A stretch of DNA of 64,000 bases from Nemertoderma westbladi (Eukaryota; Animalia; Xenacoelomorpha). The DNA is taken from NCBI GenBank assembly GCA_032718475.1, contig JAUCBJ010002727.1, forward strand, positions 32,427 through 96,426. Direction: 5' to 3'. Of the stretch, positions 51,789-64,000 are shown one piece after another. The position numbers and the translations under genes were made by a program. Numbering within the stretch: position 1 is the first letter of the stretch; each line of letters opens with the position of its first letter. The notes beneath the pieces are model-generated. The model worked only from the letters and a program-made list of their open reading frames with translations, did no database searches and was not told the DNA's origin.

Positions 51789-52311
51789 CCTAATTCTTTC
51801 GTTATCAAGAGTTACAGGTAGGCCTGCATATGATTCATTAAGATCCCTCAAATACTGAAAATATTGAAACAGTTTGTCAATATCAGTTTTGTCTGATGCA
51901 TATATGCTCATCCTCTTTTCTGCATCATAGTGATAAGTGCCAAAATAGATGGTGATTCCTCCACCAGCAGTAATTTGTTGTAATTCGTCGTCATTGTCAT
52001 TATTTACGATTGAAGAAAACTCATACTGAAATTGATTAGTACGATAATATTTAATATGTTCCATTTCTCCCAATCGCTTATCTAACCCCAACCAATCAAT
52101 TAATTCATCTTTTAGAGTAAATCGATACATCAAAATCGATTTATTTCTTTTTGACTTTTTACTTGTGATTAATTGACTGCGATCCAATTTAACATTATCA
52201 ACAAGGACTTTCATACTATCTTCACCCCTAGGAATTTCAAATTCCATCAGATATCGGAATAATCTGTAGTCTATCATCCAAAACTTTTCGCTTTTCAAGT
52301 CCGACCTCAGA
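51789..52311 (-). CDS. Inferred middle exon of the tandem PH-like-domain gene
   Basis: A 174-codon open frame in AT-rich DNA; acceptor TTTATTTACAG at 52312; donor AGG|GTAGGT at 51788, in phase 0 with exon 33085. RMSIYASDKTDIDKLFQYF resembles a PH C-terminal strand-helix. Confidence 0.6.
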
Positions 52312-52322
52312 CTGTAAATAAA

Positions 52323-52944
52323 CGGTGTTCGGACAATTGCGACCTGGACATTTGCGACCCGGACAATTGCGACCCAGCAAATTTATCTAAAATCGTGGGT
52401 CGCAATTGTCCGAACACTGTATATTTATTTATTTATTTAATTATACTCATTTTAATTACCGGTACTGTAGCTACATTTTAACATAAGTAGGGAGAGGTTG
52501 ACCCCACATTATTCTCGATGTTATATTTGGAATGATTATATATTAATTGTAATACTGTAATTACAGTAGCTATACATTATTTCATTTACTGTAACTGCAT
52601 TTTAACAAAGGGAGCTGTGGACCCAAAATTATTCGCAATTATATATTCTGGAATGCTTACAATTAAATTTAATTATTTAAACTGTTGCTCTAAAACTTAG
52701 CATATCTACTAACTGCGCGTATATTGTTAACATTGTTTACGCATTATTTAATGCTTATACTGTTGTTTGTTTAGGATGATTTATTTGGTTATTTTTTTAC
52801 TAGCTATTGATATAAAATAAATTTTTGTAATCTATAATGTTGTATAACTAATTATTTATGATTATAATGATCTATGATTTACATTACATTGTTTTTTTTT
52901 TATCAGGATCCGGACAATTGTTCGGGTCGCAATTGTTCAAACTC
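52323..52944. mobile_element. Old non-autonomous Mutator-like (MULE) insertion
   Basis: Terminal inverted GGACAATTGCGACCC arrays at both ends, plus an internal inverted copy at 52397-52419. The 9-bp flanks GTAAATAAA (52314-52322) and GCAAATTAA (52945-52953) are 7/9 identical. Confidence 0.65.
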
Positions 52945-52954
52945 GCAAATTAAC

Positions 52955-53109
52955 ATCTTTTTTTTATCAACCGTTGTTGGATGAGTTATCAAATATGACG
53001 TTCTAATGACTTCGGTTTCGGATTCGGACACTGACTCATCTGACCCATAGATTGGACGTGGAACTATTTGGGATTGTATGGTTTCAAAGCGTCGCTTGTA
53101 TTTCGCCAT
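52955..53109 (-). CDS. Inferred first coding exon of the tandem PH-like-domain gene
   Basis: ATG at 53109: MAKYKRRF...EVIRTSYLITH (PH beta-1-like). The frame joins the next exon either by removing the MULE or by GT-AG splicing of 52954-52312. Confidence 0.5.
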
Positions 53110-53858
53110 TATGTTTTTATGTTTCAGCACATTAAATAATAGGCTGCATTACTGTAAATTACATAAAATATATATATGATAAAATTACATAGTTCTAGAA
53201 TATTATTTATAAATTTTTATCAATCTTTCATTTAAAACATATTCTTGAATAATTATTAATGAACGAAGTAAGGTAAGAGGATAATACAGTACAAATTCTT
53301 CCAAACTACGATGACAAATTGCTATTAATTGTCAATTCTATTAGGTATACAGTATATATTAATATTCGTTCAAAATTTATTTACTAACACATTTCTCTAG
53401 TATCATTTACTACAGCTTCATAACTTCTAACAAAAGCCAATCTAAAGTCCATGTTTTTTAATTAGGCAGCAGCTTATTAGGGAGCTGGTTTTGGTCTCTT
53501 TCTACATTCATGTAACTGTACTGTACTATCTAGTATTTTTAAAAATTATATTTATATTGAAAATTATATTTATCTATTTAACGTAAGTGTAAATGCTGCT
53601 TGTAAATAAATCTAGAAAGTTTTGCTACCATAAAAACAATGTGATCTATTTTATTCGGAAATATTCAATAATGTATCGTAATGTATTTTAAAAATGGGCT
53701 AGAGTTACAGAAGAATAAATATTTGTTCTAGAACAACAATTTTTTTTAATAAATAGCTATCATATTCTAGAACATTAAAAGATAAAAAGTAGTAAAAACT
53801 AGCTAGTATAATTTCGTTGGGTAGATACGCGTATCGAAACAGTACCAGTAAACCAGTA

Positions 53859-53945
53859 AATATACTAAACATAATGCTAAATGCTAATATGCTAAACATA
53901 ATGCTAAATGCTAATATACTAAACATAATGCTAATATGCTAAACA
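53859..53945. repeat. 27-bp tandem repeat (~3 copies)
   Basis: AATAT(A/G)CTAAACATAATGCTAAATGCT units. Confidence 0.8.
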
Positions 53946-54233
53946 TTTAATCCATTCCTATATTAATTATAGAAAAACAACGATTTGGATGCAATTGGGT
54001 ATACCGATAGTTTATGTAGGGCCTACAGTAGTAATTATTATACCTGCGGTATGGGTACATGACTATTGGTTCCAGAATGTGGTTGGCACTGGTTAGATTT
54101 ATTAACAACTGTAATTAATATACAGTACAGTAGGTATTTAGAGTAGGTACTGTAGGCCTATAGCCTCGAGCGGTTGAAAATACCTGCACTAAATACCCAT
54201 AAGGCCACACGGAAATTCAACTTGGAAAATTTC

Positions 54234-54400
54234 TATACCTTTGCCAAACAACATGTGTACCAAGTTTGGATAGATTTCATCGAGGATTGGCTGAGTTATT
54301 AACGTTTAAAATTGAACACTGCAAAAAAAAGCAACAGAACGACAGGTTGGTTAATGGTACCCCTACGCTAAGGTTCACTCACTTCGTGGCTCGCCCCACA
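54234..54400. repeat. Second copy of the dispersed repeat at 10715-10868
   Basis: Shared ~70-bp core and CGTGGCTCGCCCCAC end. Confidence 0.7.
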
Positions 54401-54524
54401 GTATGACTCTATCATTTTGGTAAGGATTACTATATTACATATAAATTGATCAATAGGATGTTGAATGTAAGAGCATACACCCTATGGAAGACACTTATAT
54501 TTCATAACAGATGCTTTCGCCTTC

Positions 54525-55058
54525 CCGGTGTCCCAGTCGAAAATGTCCCTCTCCCGGTTATTTTCGCCTAGTGCCAAATGGCCCCCACATTTATTTTCAT
54601 TCCAGATTTCGCAAGTGGCCATCTGAAACCCTAATTCGAAGTGAAATGGCGGCCCGAAACTCTAATTAAAACTGTCATGTAACCAACCCTAAGTCGTAGG
54701 CCTACTCTAATCTACATGTAACCAACTCTAAGTCGTAGGCCTACTCTAATCTACATGTAACCAACTCTAATCTAAGATATTTTGTGGAATTTCGGTCCCT
54801 TGCCGGTAATGTCTGATAAATGACAACCTAAAATCCAGTTTTAATTATTATGGTTTGAGCCTGACCAACTAACCCTAACCAAAAAAATATCAAATAAATC
54901 AAAGTAAAGGTGTAGAATTGCCACTGTGGTGTGGCTGCTGGCTGTGTCCGCTGTGCCTACTACAGTATTATAATGTAAGTCTATGGTGAAGATGGGGGGA
55001 GGGGGGAGGGGGGGGGGGGGATTCTGCGCGGGGGAGGCAAATTCGCCTGGGACACCGG
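54525..55058. mobile_element. Non-autonomous TIR element, unclassified, with an internal 39-bp tandem repeat (54676-54770)
   Basis: CCGGTGTCCCAGTCGAA ... TTCGCCTGGGACACCGG inverted ends; no clear TSD. Confidence 0.7.
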
Positions 55059-55182
55059 TGTAAAAACCTCTAATGCTTCGAGAATCACAAAGAAAATGTT
55101 ATTTATCTTGTTTCCTAGCAACTCTCATTCTTTATGTAATTTGAATGGTACAGCTACAAGGGTTTCGCCCGCGAGAAAATTT

Positions 55183-55734
55183 GGTACTTTTGCACTTTAG
55201 GTCCCCACCACCCAGATTTTTTTATATCAAGGAAACATAATATTATTATGTTCTAGAATATGAATAGCATTATCTGAGAACATTTTTATGTATTTACACA
55301 TAAATACATATGTACCTACATTTTTTATGGTATAATGCTAGTATTTTTTACTAGCTAGTAATTTTTGGAAATTATTTTGGTCATTAATATATTCTTCAAC
55401 AGTTTAACCTGAAATATCATTGACTTTCACATTTTTAATAATTTCTAAAAATACTAGCTAGCAAAAAGATTTTTTATGGTATAATGCTAGTATTTTTTAC
55501 TAGCTAGTAATTTTTGGAAATTATTTTGGTCATTAATATATTCTTCAACAGTTTAACCTGAAATATCATTGACTTTCACATTTTTTATAATTTCTAAAAA
55601 AAAAATGTTCAAAAATGTTCAAAAATGTTCAAAAATGTTCCTAGATAGTCACACTTACCTTGTAGTAGTGTAATTTGCATAAAAAACACACACAAAAAAA
55701 ATCTAGGGGTGGGGACCTAAAGTGCAAAAGTACC
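55183..55734. mobile_element. MITE with 26-bp TIRs and an internal ~130-bp direct duplication
   Basis: GGTACTTTTGCACTTTAGGTCCCCAC / GTGGGGACCTAAAGTGCAAAAGTACC; duplicated block at ~55321 and ~55471. It interrupts an older TTCGCCCG-repeat element. Confidence 0.8.
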
Positions 55735-56236
55735 GAAAACGAAAATTTCACCTGCGTCCAATCTTCGCCCGGAGCAATCTTCGCCCTCAAAATAAGCAAG
55801 TAACGCGATCGCCCGGCGGAAACCTTCGCCCGCAGTCAATCTTCGCCTGCGAGCAACCTTTGCCCAATTAACAATTATTTTATACAGTACCGGTACCCAG
55901 CCAGCCAGCACCCAGGTGTCAGGCGCATAATTTTATACACGGACCCAGGTGCAAATAATTTTTGTTCAAGTGCATAATTTTTTGACTCAGGCGCAGAAAA
56001 GCGTTGTTCAAGCGCAGACTTTTTGACTCAGGCAGACAGGTGCAGAAAAATAATATTGATGTGCAGAAATATGCGATAGAAGTAGGCCTACAGTACAGGT
56101 CCAGGCGCAGGATTGCCATACTTTGAAATCTGGGTAGGGTGTGTAGTTTAGCGCTGTACATTTGCATCTGCATCTGGCATCTCTGCGCCGGTTTCCGGCG
56201 CACGTCGAAATGTTAGTCCGAATACATTAGCCGCAC

Positions 56237-57473
56237 GGGTAACAGACGTTTCGGTCTAAGACGTTTTGGCCTAGGACGTTTCGGTCCAATGAATGAAATA
56301 CAAGATTTGCTTGTCGGACGTTTTGGCCCAAAGATTCACTTTACTCCCTTAAATAAGCTATTAATAATAAGTTATTCAATATATTTGTTTTGTAGTTGTT
56401 ACGTTCCTTACAAGAGGAGTTGTCAGTAGGAACTGCTCCGACACCTGTTTGAAAGTCATCAAGATCGAAGTTCTACATTATATTTATAAATAATAACTAA
56501 TGTAATATTATTATTATTATTATTTATGAATATAAATTTACACCATACTGTAACTTAGAACAAAGATAACATATGCTGACAAATTAACTTTAGTTAATAC
56601 AGTTAGATAGTTAAAAGTAAGTAATAGTAAAGGTAATAGGTAAAGTAATAAAGGTAAAGTAATAGTTAAAAACATACGTATTTTAAAATGTGAGTCAATA
56701 AATAAAGTACATTAAAATACACCGAATTAAAATTATTACTGTATTTTAATGTTAGACTTACAAATATAATAGATAAGAAATATTCCATTAAAGGAGCATT
56801 GCTAATAATTATGACATAGACTGAATGTCATATGGAATGAGATAAAATATATGGGTATTAAATTTAAATTTAGATGAAATATATGCGCATTAAAAGGACC
56901 AGAGTGGATGTGAAGTGAAATAAAATATGTATTAATAAAAGCATTATTATTATACGTCGTTATGTATGGGTATAAATCATCTATCATCGAGATGAGAGTT
57001 ATTGTTTCAACAGATCATTAAGACATAGCTGCAACACACTGTCCAGCTACAAGAATTATCAATTGAGTAATGTTTAAAATTAATGAAGTATCTCCAAAAT
57101 ATATCGATCAGACGAGATTTAAGCCCTAAATGGTTCGTGAAATTGATTCGCTTTAGTAGTTTATTAGCAATGTGGTACTCGGTACCAAACGTTTTGTTCT
57201 GACTTGCATTTTTTCGGCCGCAAAACATAATGGGGCAGAGCACCACATGCATAATGTTTATTTTATTTTGATTGAAATAAATTAAATAGCCGTTTGTATG
57301 TTATTGTGACATAATTATAATTATAATGAATAATTATTATCATATCAAACAAGTTGGCCTTTTCATTCGGTTACAGTCATGGGCCGAAACGTCCGGGCCG
57401 AATCGTCCGGGCCGAAATGTCCGGGCCGAAACGTCCTGGACCGAAACGTCCTAGGCCGAAACGTCTGTATACC
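56237..57473. mobile_element. Non-autonomous Mutator-like (MULE) element
   Basis: Perfect 9-bp TSD TAGCCGCAC (56228-56236, 57474-57482); TIRs GGGTAACAGACGTTTCGG / CCGAAACGTCTGTATACC with subterminal GACGTTTCGG arrays. Confidence 0.9.
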
Positions 57474-57689
57474 TAGCCGCACTTGTAAAACTTCTCAAGA
57501 GGGACTGTGGTAGAAGCAAGTCACAATTACCGGTTACTACCTGACTAGCTGCTTATCGGTCCGTTACTGCGTTAGGCTACTTGGGAGATTTAGTCGTAGT
57601 TTTTGGTGTACATTTTATATGGCAATTTTAGTTGGCGTTATTTAGTTAATATGTAATTTTATGGTGTACTGGTGTTTAGTAGGACACAG

Positions 57690-60250
57690 AAGGAAGCCCA
57701 CCTTCAAAAAAAGCCAAAATCTCGACCAGAATAGCAGCCATCAAAACTGAGGATGGTTCCCTGGCTACCGATCCTGAAGTTATTGCAAATCATATGAACC
57801 ATTATTTTACCAACGCTGCCAAAAACCTTGTAGACAAACTACCACCACAACCAAATATTTACAATGGAGTAGCTGTTAAAGAGTTCTATGCTGCAAAAGG
57901 AATCCAACCAGGCAGTTTCACCTTGAAACCCGTAGATCTTTCAGACATCAATAAAATCATTATGAGCCTCGACATCCACAAGAGTAGTGGGCCTGATTCT
58001 ATTAGTCCAAGAATTATAAAGGATGGATGCCCAATTATTGAAAACTACTTAACTCATATTGTGAACTTATCAATAAAATCAGCCGTGTTCCCTGACCCAT
58101 ACAAGGTTGCCAAAGTTGCACCAGCATTTAAGAAAGGAATACTAACCCATGACACAAACTTCCGCCCCATATCATTATTAGTCATCATGTCAAAAGTTTT
58201 AGAAAAAACTGTGTTCGATCAACTTATGCCCTATTTAATATCTAACAACATACTAGATTTACTACAATCCGGCTTTCGACCTGGTCACTCGGTGCAAACC
58301 TGCTTAATGTATCTGGACAATATCATCCGCGATGCTATGGATTCTGGGAAAATAGTCGGGATGGTTGCCATTGACCTCCAAAAAGCGTTCGACACGGTCG
58401 ACCACAAAATTCTGCTTCACAAGTTGAGGTGTATTGGCCTGGATGAACATAGCGTTAACTGGTTCCGATCATACCTATCTGGCAGATCCCAGTTTGTCCA
58501 GGTAGGAAACTCTCGTTCAAGAACTCTTGGAATTGACTGCGGTACTCCTCAAGGAGCCCTACTTGCTGTCCTCTTATTCCTGATCTATATGAACGATTTA
58601 GACCTTGCCTTGCCTCCTGTCAAATCCTTGTTGAAAACAGCATCCCAGACTAACGACGTCAATAATGCCAGCCCAGCCAAAACTGCCTGCCACGAATCCG
58701 CCACTGCACTGAAGTATGCTGACGATACCAACCTCATCAAAGCCGGAGACAACTGCGAAGAAATTTCTGCATGCCTTACTGAAACTCTGTCGCGCGTAGC
58801 TGATTGGGCAGTTGATAATCGCCTCAGTATACACCCTGGGAAATTCGAGGTCTTCCTTTTTGGAACGCACCAATGCATTGCATCAGCCGGAAGCCTTGAA
58901 GTCTACTACAAAAATAAACTACTCGAACCAACAGATACCATAAAGTACTTGGGATACGTGATGGATCCAACCTTATACGGATCGGAGTCCGCACATAAAA
59001 TTATACGCAGGGGAAACGCATGTCTCAAATTCCTTTATCGGAATTCGCAAGTCCTTGACAAACCCCTGCGTCGGTTGCTTTGCAACTCACTGATACAGCC
59101 GCTTATAGACTTTTCAGCCCCTTGCTGGTATCCGAGTGCTGCGAGTCGTCTACGTAATCAAGTCGATGCACTCCAACGCAAGTGCATCAGGTTCTGCCTG
59201 GGACTTGACTCTCGAGCGCATATTGGTGCTGCCCATTTTGTAGATATAAACTGGCTTCCAATTACCGAACGTACCCACCAGATAATATTAACCCACATGT
59301 TTAATATCCACGCAAAGACAGCCCCGGCTTATATGCGCGACATGGTTATCTTTACTGAACCTTCTCACCTCCTACGTAACGGAGCCGCACACGCTTTACT
59401 ACCCCAGAAACACACGGTAGCAGCCACACAGTCGTTCTCCTACCTTGGCCCATATCTGTGGAATAAACTCCCCAATGCGATCAAAGAAATTAGGAGTGTG
59501 GAAAGTTTTAAGCATAAGTTAAAGGATCACTTTTTAGAACTTTTATCCACCAATGAATTGTCGTCATATAAGTAACTTATAATTTTTTACCATCTATATT
59601 TTATATTTTATATCATTTGACCTTCCACATTAACTCAAACAAAAGATTGAAGATCCATTTTTAGAATTTTTATTTAATAGTAAATGTTTTATATTTTTGA
59701 TTTATACATTATTTTAGAATTTTTATCCTGCACGAGAGCACGACCTTATACCTTTTATTCTAAACCCCAATCTACAGGACCCCTGTGGAAATGAGACTAT
59801 GTCTCTCAGGGTAATCCTGGACAAACAAAGCTTACACTATGACGATTCAGAACTATTTACTCTACTCTGCCGTGCAATTACTGCTCTATACTGTATAAAA
59901 TATATTATAATTTTTAATTATTTTTGCATTCCCAAATATGGTGCGTCACCTTAACCTTCTTAATTTATCGGTATATTTCTGAATTTATCACCTCTTTTTT
60001 TTTTTTTTAACTTTTATACACTTGCCTAACCGAAACACGTTTTTAGCCTGACAGAATTATATAATTGTTTAATTTGAACTACAAACCGAAAGAAAATAAT
60101 GTTATCTAATTTAATTTATGTACGTAATTTGCGCTCTGCCTTACCATACAGTATATAATTTTCTTAATGGTTGTGTTTATATCTACTTATATGTCGGTAT
60201 GTCTATACTTTTCTTCGTTTGTCAAATAAATAATTCCAATTCCAATTCCA
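57690..60250 (+). mobile_element. 5'-truncated non-LTR retrotransposon of the CR1/L2 group (Crack/Daphne-like)
   Basis: RT ORF, ~650-bp 3' UTR with a CAGGACCC...GGTAATCCTG stem-loop at ~59776-59819, AATAAA and a (TTCCAA)n tail. The 5' boundary is approximate. Confidence 0.85.
57794..59575 (+). CDS. LINE reverse transcriptase (ORF2 C-terminal part; endonuclease absent)
   Basis: KSSGPD, NFRPISLL, QSGFRPGHS, DLQKAFDTVDH, GTPQG, YADD, KYLG. Confidence 0.92.
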   Translation: MNHYFTNAAKNLVDKLPPQPNIYNGVAVKEFYAAKGIQPGSFTLKPVDLSDINKIIMSLDIHKSSGPDSISPRIIKDGCPIIENYLTHIVNLSIKSAVFPDPYKVAKVAPAFKKGILTHDTNFRPISLLVIMSKVLEKTVFDQLMPYLISNNILDLLQSGFRPGHSVQTCLMYLDNIIRDAMDSGKIVGMVAIDLQKAFDTVDHKILLHKLRCIGLDEHSVNWFRSYLSGRSQFVQVGNSRSRTLGIDCGTPQGALLAVLLFLIYMNDLDLALPPVKSLLKTASQTNDVNNASPAKTACHESATALKYADDTNLIKAGDNCEEISACLTETLSRVADWAVDNRLSIHPGKFEVFLFGTHQCIASAGSLEVYYKNKLLEPTDTIKYLGYVMDPTLYGSESAHKIIRRGNACLKFLYRNSQVLDKPLRRLLCNSLIQPLIDFSAPCWYPSAASRLRNQVDALQRKCIRFCLGLDSRAHIGAAHFVDINWLPITERTHQIILTHMFNIHAKTAPAYMRDMVIFTEPSHLLRNGAAHALLPQKHTVAATQSFSYLGPYLWNKLPNAIKEIRSVESFKHKLKDHFLELLSTNELSSYK

Positions 60251-60268
60251 CCAATCCCACACTATGCC

Positions 60269-60900
60269 ATGCCCTACAAATGCTATGTTTACAATTGCTT
60301 ACTAATTATTCCTCCAACACGACTTCAGCTTCGGTAAACGTGTTTCGTTTTCCATTGATGTTGATATACGCAATACATGGATAAAATATTTGCCCATTGC
60401 AAATTTTAAATATGCTTCTACTGTTCTACAAAAAGAATTTGCGAGAAGCATTGGGAAGAGGAGGCAAGGTTGCTAGTGGGCATCTTGTTCCACTTCATCT
60501 ACCCACAGTATTTTTCGGCATTCCTATCTTTACCGACGCCTTTTCCCAAGGTGCAATCAACTGTTGTAGCTTCACTTCATCATCGAAATGCAATATTCAG
60601 CGGGATGAGTTAGAACGCTTTAGGGAAATAGATAAACTAGGCCAACCTTTTGGCGATGTATTTGAACATATAATTAATAATAATAATACTGTAGTAACAG
60701 CAGTCTGTTTGTCGCAAACCAGACCGTTAGTGATATAGTTATTATATCTAGGAGTCGAAATGGACCATTGTTTACATTCAGCATGTTCATAACACCAAGT
60801 CATGTCGTAGAGAATGCAAGTAACATTTTGTGTTATTATGAATGTGCCCAAGTAACTATTCCTATGTATTAATCACTGTGAGTTCTCTTGTAAGTCGGAA
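60269..60900 (+). pseudogene. Decayed THAP zinc-finger coding sequence, possibly a P-element-type transposase N-terminus
   Basis: Reading across frameshifts gives MPYKCYVYNC / TNY..SVNVFRFP / IRNTWIKYLP / RICEKHW / VPLHLPTVF, matching the THAP C2CH signature with conserved P, W and PT.F. The 3' boundary is approximate. Confidence 0.7.
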
Positions 60901-61089
60901 CTACATATCATTCAGTACATGATAAACTATTAGCTTCCAGAAAATGAATTGATTGATCACAAAAGGCGTTTCATTGCTTCACAAATTGAAAATCTTAAAA
61001 AAAACAAAAAGGGATTCATTTATATTGGGTGACATAACTTTTGCAATGTCGTTATACTCTTAAGTCTCGCTCAGTTAATACCGAATGCT

Positions 61090-63601
61090 AAACAGGATGA
61101 CTCTTCCTAGCATACGGCTCATGCAACGTTATGGATCGCAACATTTGATGGGAATCCCAAGGCAACAGTTATATGCTGCTACAATCCAACCAATGCCTCA
61201 GAGCCAGAACAAGCAGTCAAGTTTTATGAAGAACTGACGACTTATTAAGGACATTCCGAAACACAATGTTAAAGTCATTGGTGGTGACCTGAATGCGCAA
61301 ATTGGCCCAGAAGACATCAAGGGTTACACCTATAACACCAGTTCTAACAGAAATGGGTACTTACTTTTAGACCTAATGAAAGAATGAGAATTGATATATA
61401 CCAACAAACAACAAGAGTAAGGGGAAGCTGAAGCTATGGACCTTTCAATACCCTAATGGAACCAAAGCACAACTGGATTACATCCTTATAAACAAAAAGT
61501 GGAGAAACAGCATGATCAACTGCGAGGCATACAGCTCGTTCAACCTAATTGGTTCGGACCACAGAATTGTGACTGCAGAGATCATACTCAGTTTGAGAGC
61601 CAGCAAACCCAGGAAAAGCAAGCAAATCAACTATGACTGGGAGAAACTCAGAACTGACAATGCTGTAAAGGATGCTTATACAGTAGAAGTTCAAAACAGC
61701 TTTGAAGCACTTCAGTCAATGGATGAAGACCAATCCACCGATTCAATATACCAGAATATAATAACAGCCCACAAGGAATCAGCTAAGAGGCATCGCATAT
61801 CCCCCAGAAACCCAAACGAAAACAGTATGTGCCATGGCAAAACTCTGAGGTTACTTGTAAGAGAGAAGATCTTAAGATAGCCTACATAAAGTTAAAACCG
61901 AACAACCAACAAACGAAAACATTAACAAGGTTGAGAAAGCTAAGGACGATCTTAAATTGGCCTACAACATCAGCCAGGAAAAGTACATATAGGATAAAAC
62001 TGAAGCAATTACAACTGCTCACATACAGCAACAATGAAGACTTACCTGGCAAACTGTAAATGAGGTATCTGGTTGGAAAAGTTGTGTAAAGGGGCGCCTC
62101 AAAGCCGATAGTCCTGAAGAACGTGTTGGGAAGTGGAAAAATCACTTCAGCAACTTGCTTGGGCAGCCACCAAACATCGAGGTCAGCCCTACAAGGAAAA
62201 TATATGACAATACACTACCTATAGAAACAGGGGACTTCACACCTGCCGAACTCCAAAGAAGCATTAAAAGCATGTCCAATAATAAAGCGAGTGGATTAGA
62301 TGAAATCCCAGCGGAGGTATGGAAAACAGGAGTGCTAACCAGACCATCATTGAATGTTTGCAACCGGATGTTAAAAGGGGAAAAGCCACCACCAATTTGG
62401 ACTAAAGGTCAACTAAAGCCTCTCCCCAAGGAAGGAGACCTCGGCATACCAACAAACTATCGTGGGATCTGTCTGCTTGTGGTAGCTGCCAAAATATACA
62501 ATAAAATGATTCTATATAGGATTAGGCCTCACAAGCAGATCAACAATAGCTCAGATACTTGCACTACGGAGACTGATTGAAGGAATTGGATTGTTATATG
62601 GATTGGATATTGGATTGTTATATTGTGACACAGAAGCGCAGGTACTCTCACCAGATGGTGAAACTGAGTTTTTCTCAATCCTGGCTGGCGTACTGCAAGG
62701 TGACACATTAGCACCATTACTATTTGTAATTGTGCTGGCATTACGCAATGAGGACGGCCACAAAGGGTGAAGATCTGGGATTCACACTTCAAGAACGCAG
62801 AAGTAGTAGATATCCGGCAACTACAGTCACAGACACCGACTTGGCGGATGACATCGCCCTGCTCTCTAATACGCTAGCAGATGCACAGCTTCTACTATAT
62901 AAAGTGGAGAGGGCTGCTAAGGAGGTTGGATTGCATATATAAATGCTACCAAGACCGAATTCATGACCTTTAATGTTGTTGATGGAAACTTGACAACCAT
63001 TGATAATAATCAACTAAGGAAGGTCGATGACTTCCAGTACCTTGGATCATGGATAGAGATTAGCAAAAAGGACATAGAAGTTAGGAAAGCAAAGGCTTGG
63101 GTAGCTCTATCAAAAATCGATACCATCTGGAAATCAGATCTCTCCAGGCACCTGAAGACTAAGTTCTTTCGAGCCACAGTGGAAAGTGTATTTTATACGG
63201 GGGTGAGACCTGGACACTGACTACATCACTTGAACAACGAATTGATGGTTGCTACACAAGACTACTAAGGGCAGCCCTAAACATCAGCTGGAGAACACAT
63301 GACAAACGCCGAGCTTTATGGTACAATACCACCTGTATCAACCGCCCCCCGTGAACGCAGATAAAGATTCAGTGGGCACTGCTGGCGAAGTAAAGACGAG
63401 GTCATAACAGATCTACTTCTCTGGCAACCAACTCATGGAAAGCGTAGTCGTGGACGACCGGCCATAACATACTGTATATAGATCAACTTGAAAGGGATAC
63501 TGAACTTGGGAGAAACGAAATTGCGACAACTATGGAGAATCGGGAAGCCTGGAAGGATCTCATTTCCACTGTCCGAGTTCGCTCAACCTAGTAGTAGTAG
63601 T
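61090..63601 (+). mobile_element. Degenerate RTE-group LINE (APE endonuclease plus RT)
   Basis: Fragments GGDLNAQIG, LDYIL, GSDHRIV, KASGLDEIPAEVWK, NYRGICLL, GVLQGDTLAPLLF, DLADDIALL and YLGS; (TAG)n tail at ~63589-63601; many frameshifts and internal deletions. Confidence 0.88.
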
Positions 63602-64000
63602 CAAGTGGACAATGTGAGTGATTTAGAGTTCTTACTGGTACAAAGTTAAAAGACTGACCGATAAACAAAAACTGTATCATATTGGCTGATAAAGTTTATT
63701 GCAAACCCGGAGTTAAATATTGTGGTGGATATGTCCATGGACTAGCATATTTTCAATTTTAACATATTTTTAATTAACTTGAGTGTTAAACGATCCTGCG
63801 AGATTGATGGGAAAGAAGTTTTAATGAAAGTTGCAAAATTTATGTCATAAATTATTGTAATTATACCACATCTATAATAAATTATTATGCAACATCAAAA
63901 CGACATATTATAATAAAAATAAATTATTGTGTTTCGTTCTGCTAAATTAATTTTTTTTTGTATATCAAACGCTGTTAGGTACAACGGATAACAGGATAAT

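Noticed and set aside
51771-52298. Endogenous viral genes (AT-rich orphan ORFs here and at 32621-33067)
   Set aside because: Both ORFs lack ATG starts and have phase-compatible splice sites, so they are better explained as exons.

Overview
Eukaryotic, probably invertebrate animal, genomic DNA that is mostly transposons; it is not prokaryotic and has no CRISPR array. Three copies of one unusually large BEL/Pao LTR-retrotransposon family dominate: A at 1-8367 (-, internally deleted, runs off the window), B at 13088-29866 (+) and C at 35828-51623 (+). All three share a ~2.3 kb repeat-rich leader, a single gag-pol frame, a ~1.6 kb conserved non-coding spacer ending in a long hairpin with G-U and compensatory pairing, and a second non-env ORF. 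In B that ORF encodes three CCHC-type zinc knuckles. Host-type genes: an intronless bacterial-type NH3-dependent NAD+ synthetase (likely horizontal transfer), an intronless type-1 IPP isomerase, and an inferred three-exon tandem PH-like-domain gene on the minus strand. The first intron of that gene appears to be a Mutator-like insertion, and its second intron holds element C plus a hAT element. The remainder is LINEs (L2/Crack-like, RTE-like), MULE/hAT/MITE elements, a decayed THAP-domain gene and a 38-bp minisatellite. All calls come from reading the sequence by eye; no database searches were run, and some boundaries are approximate.
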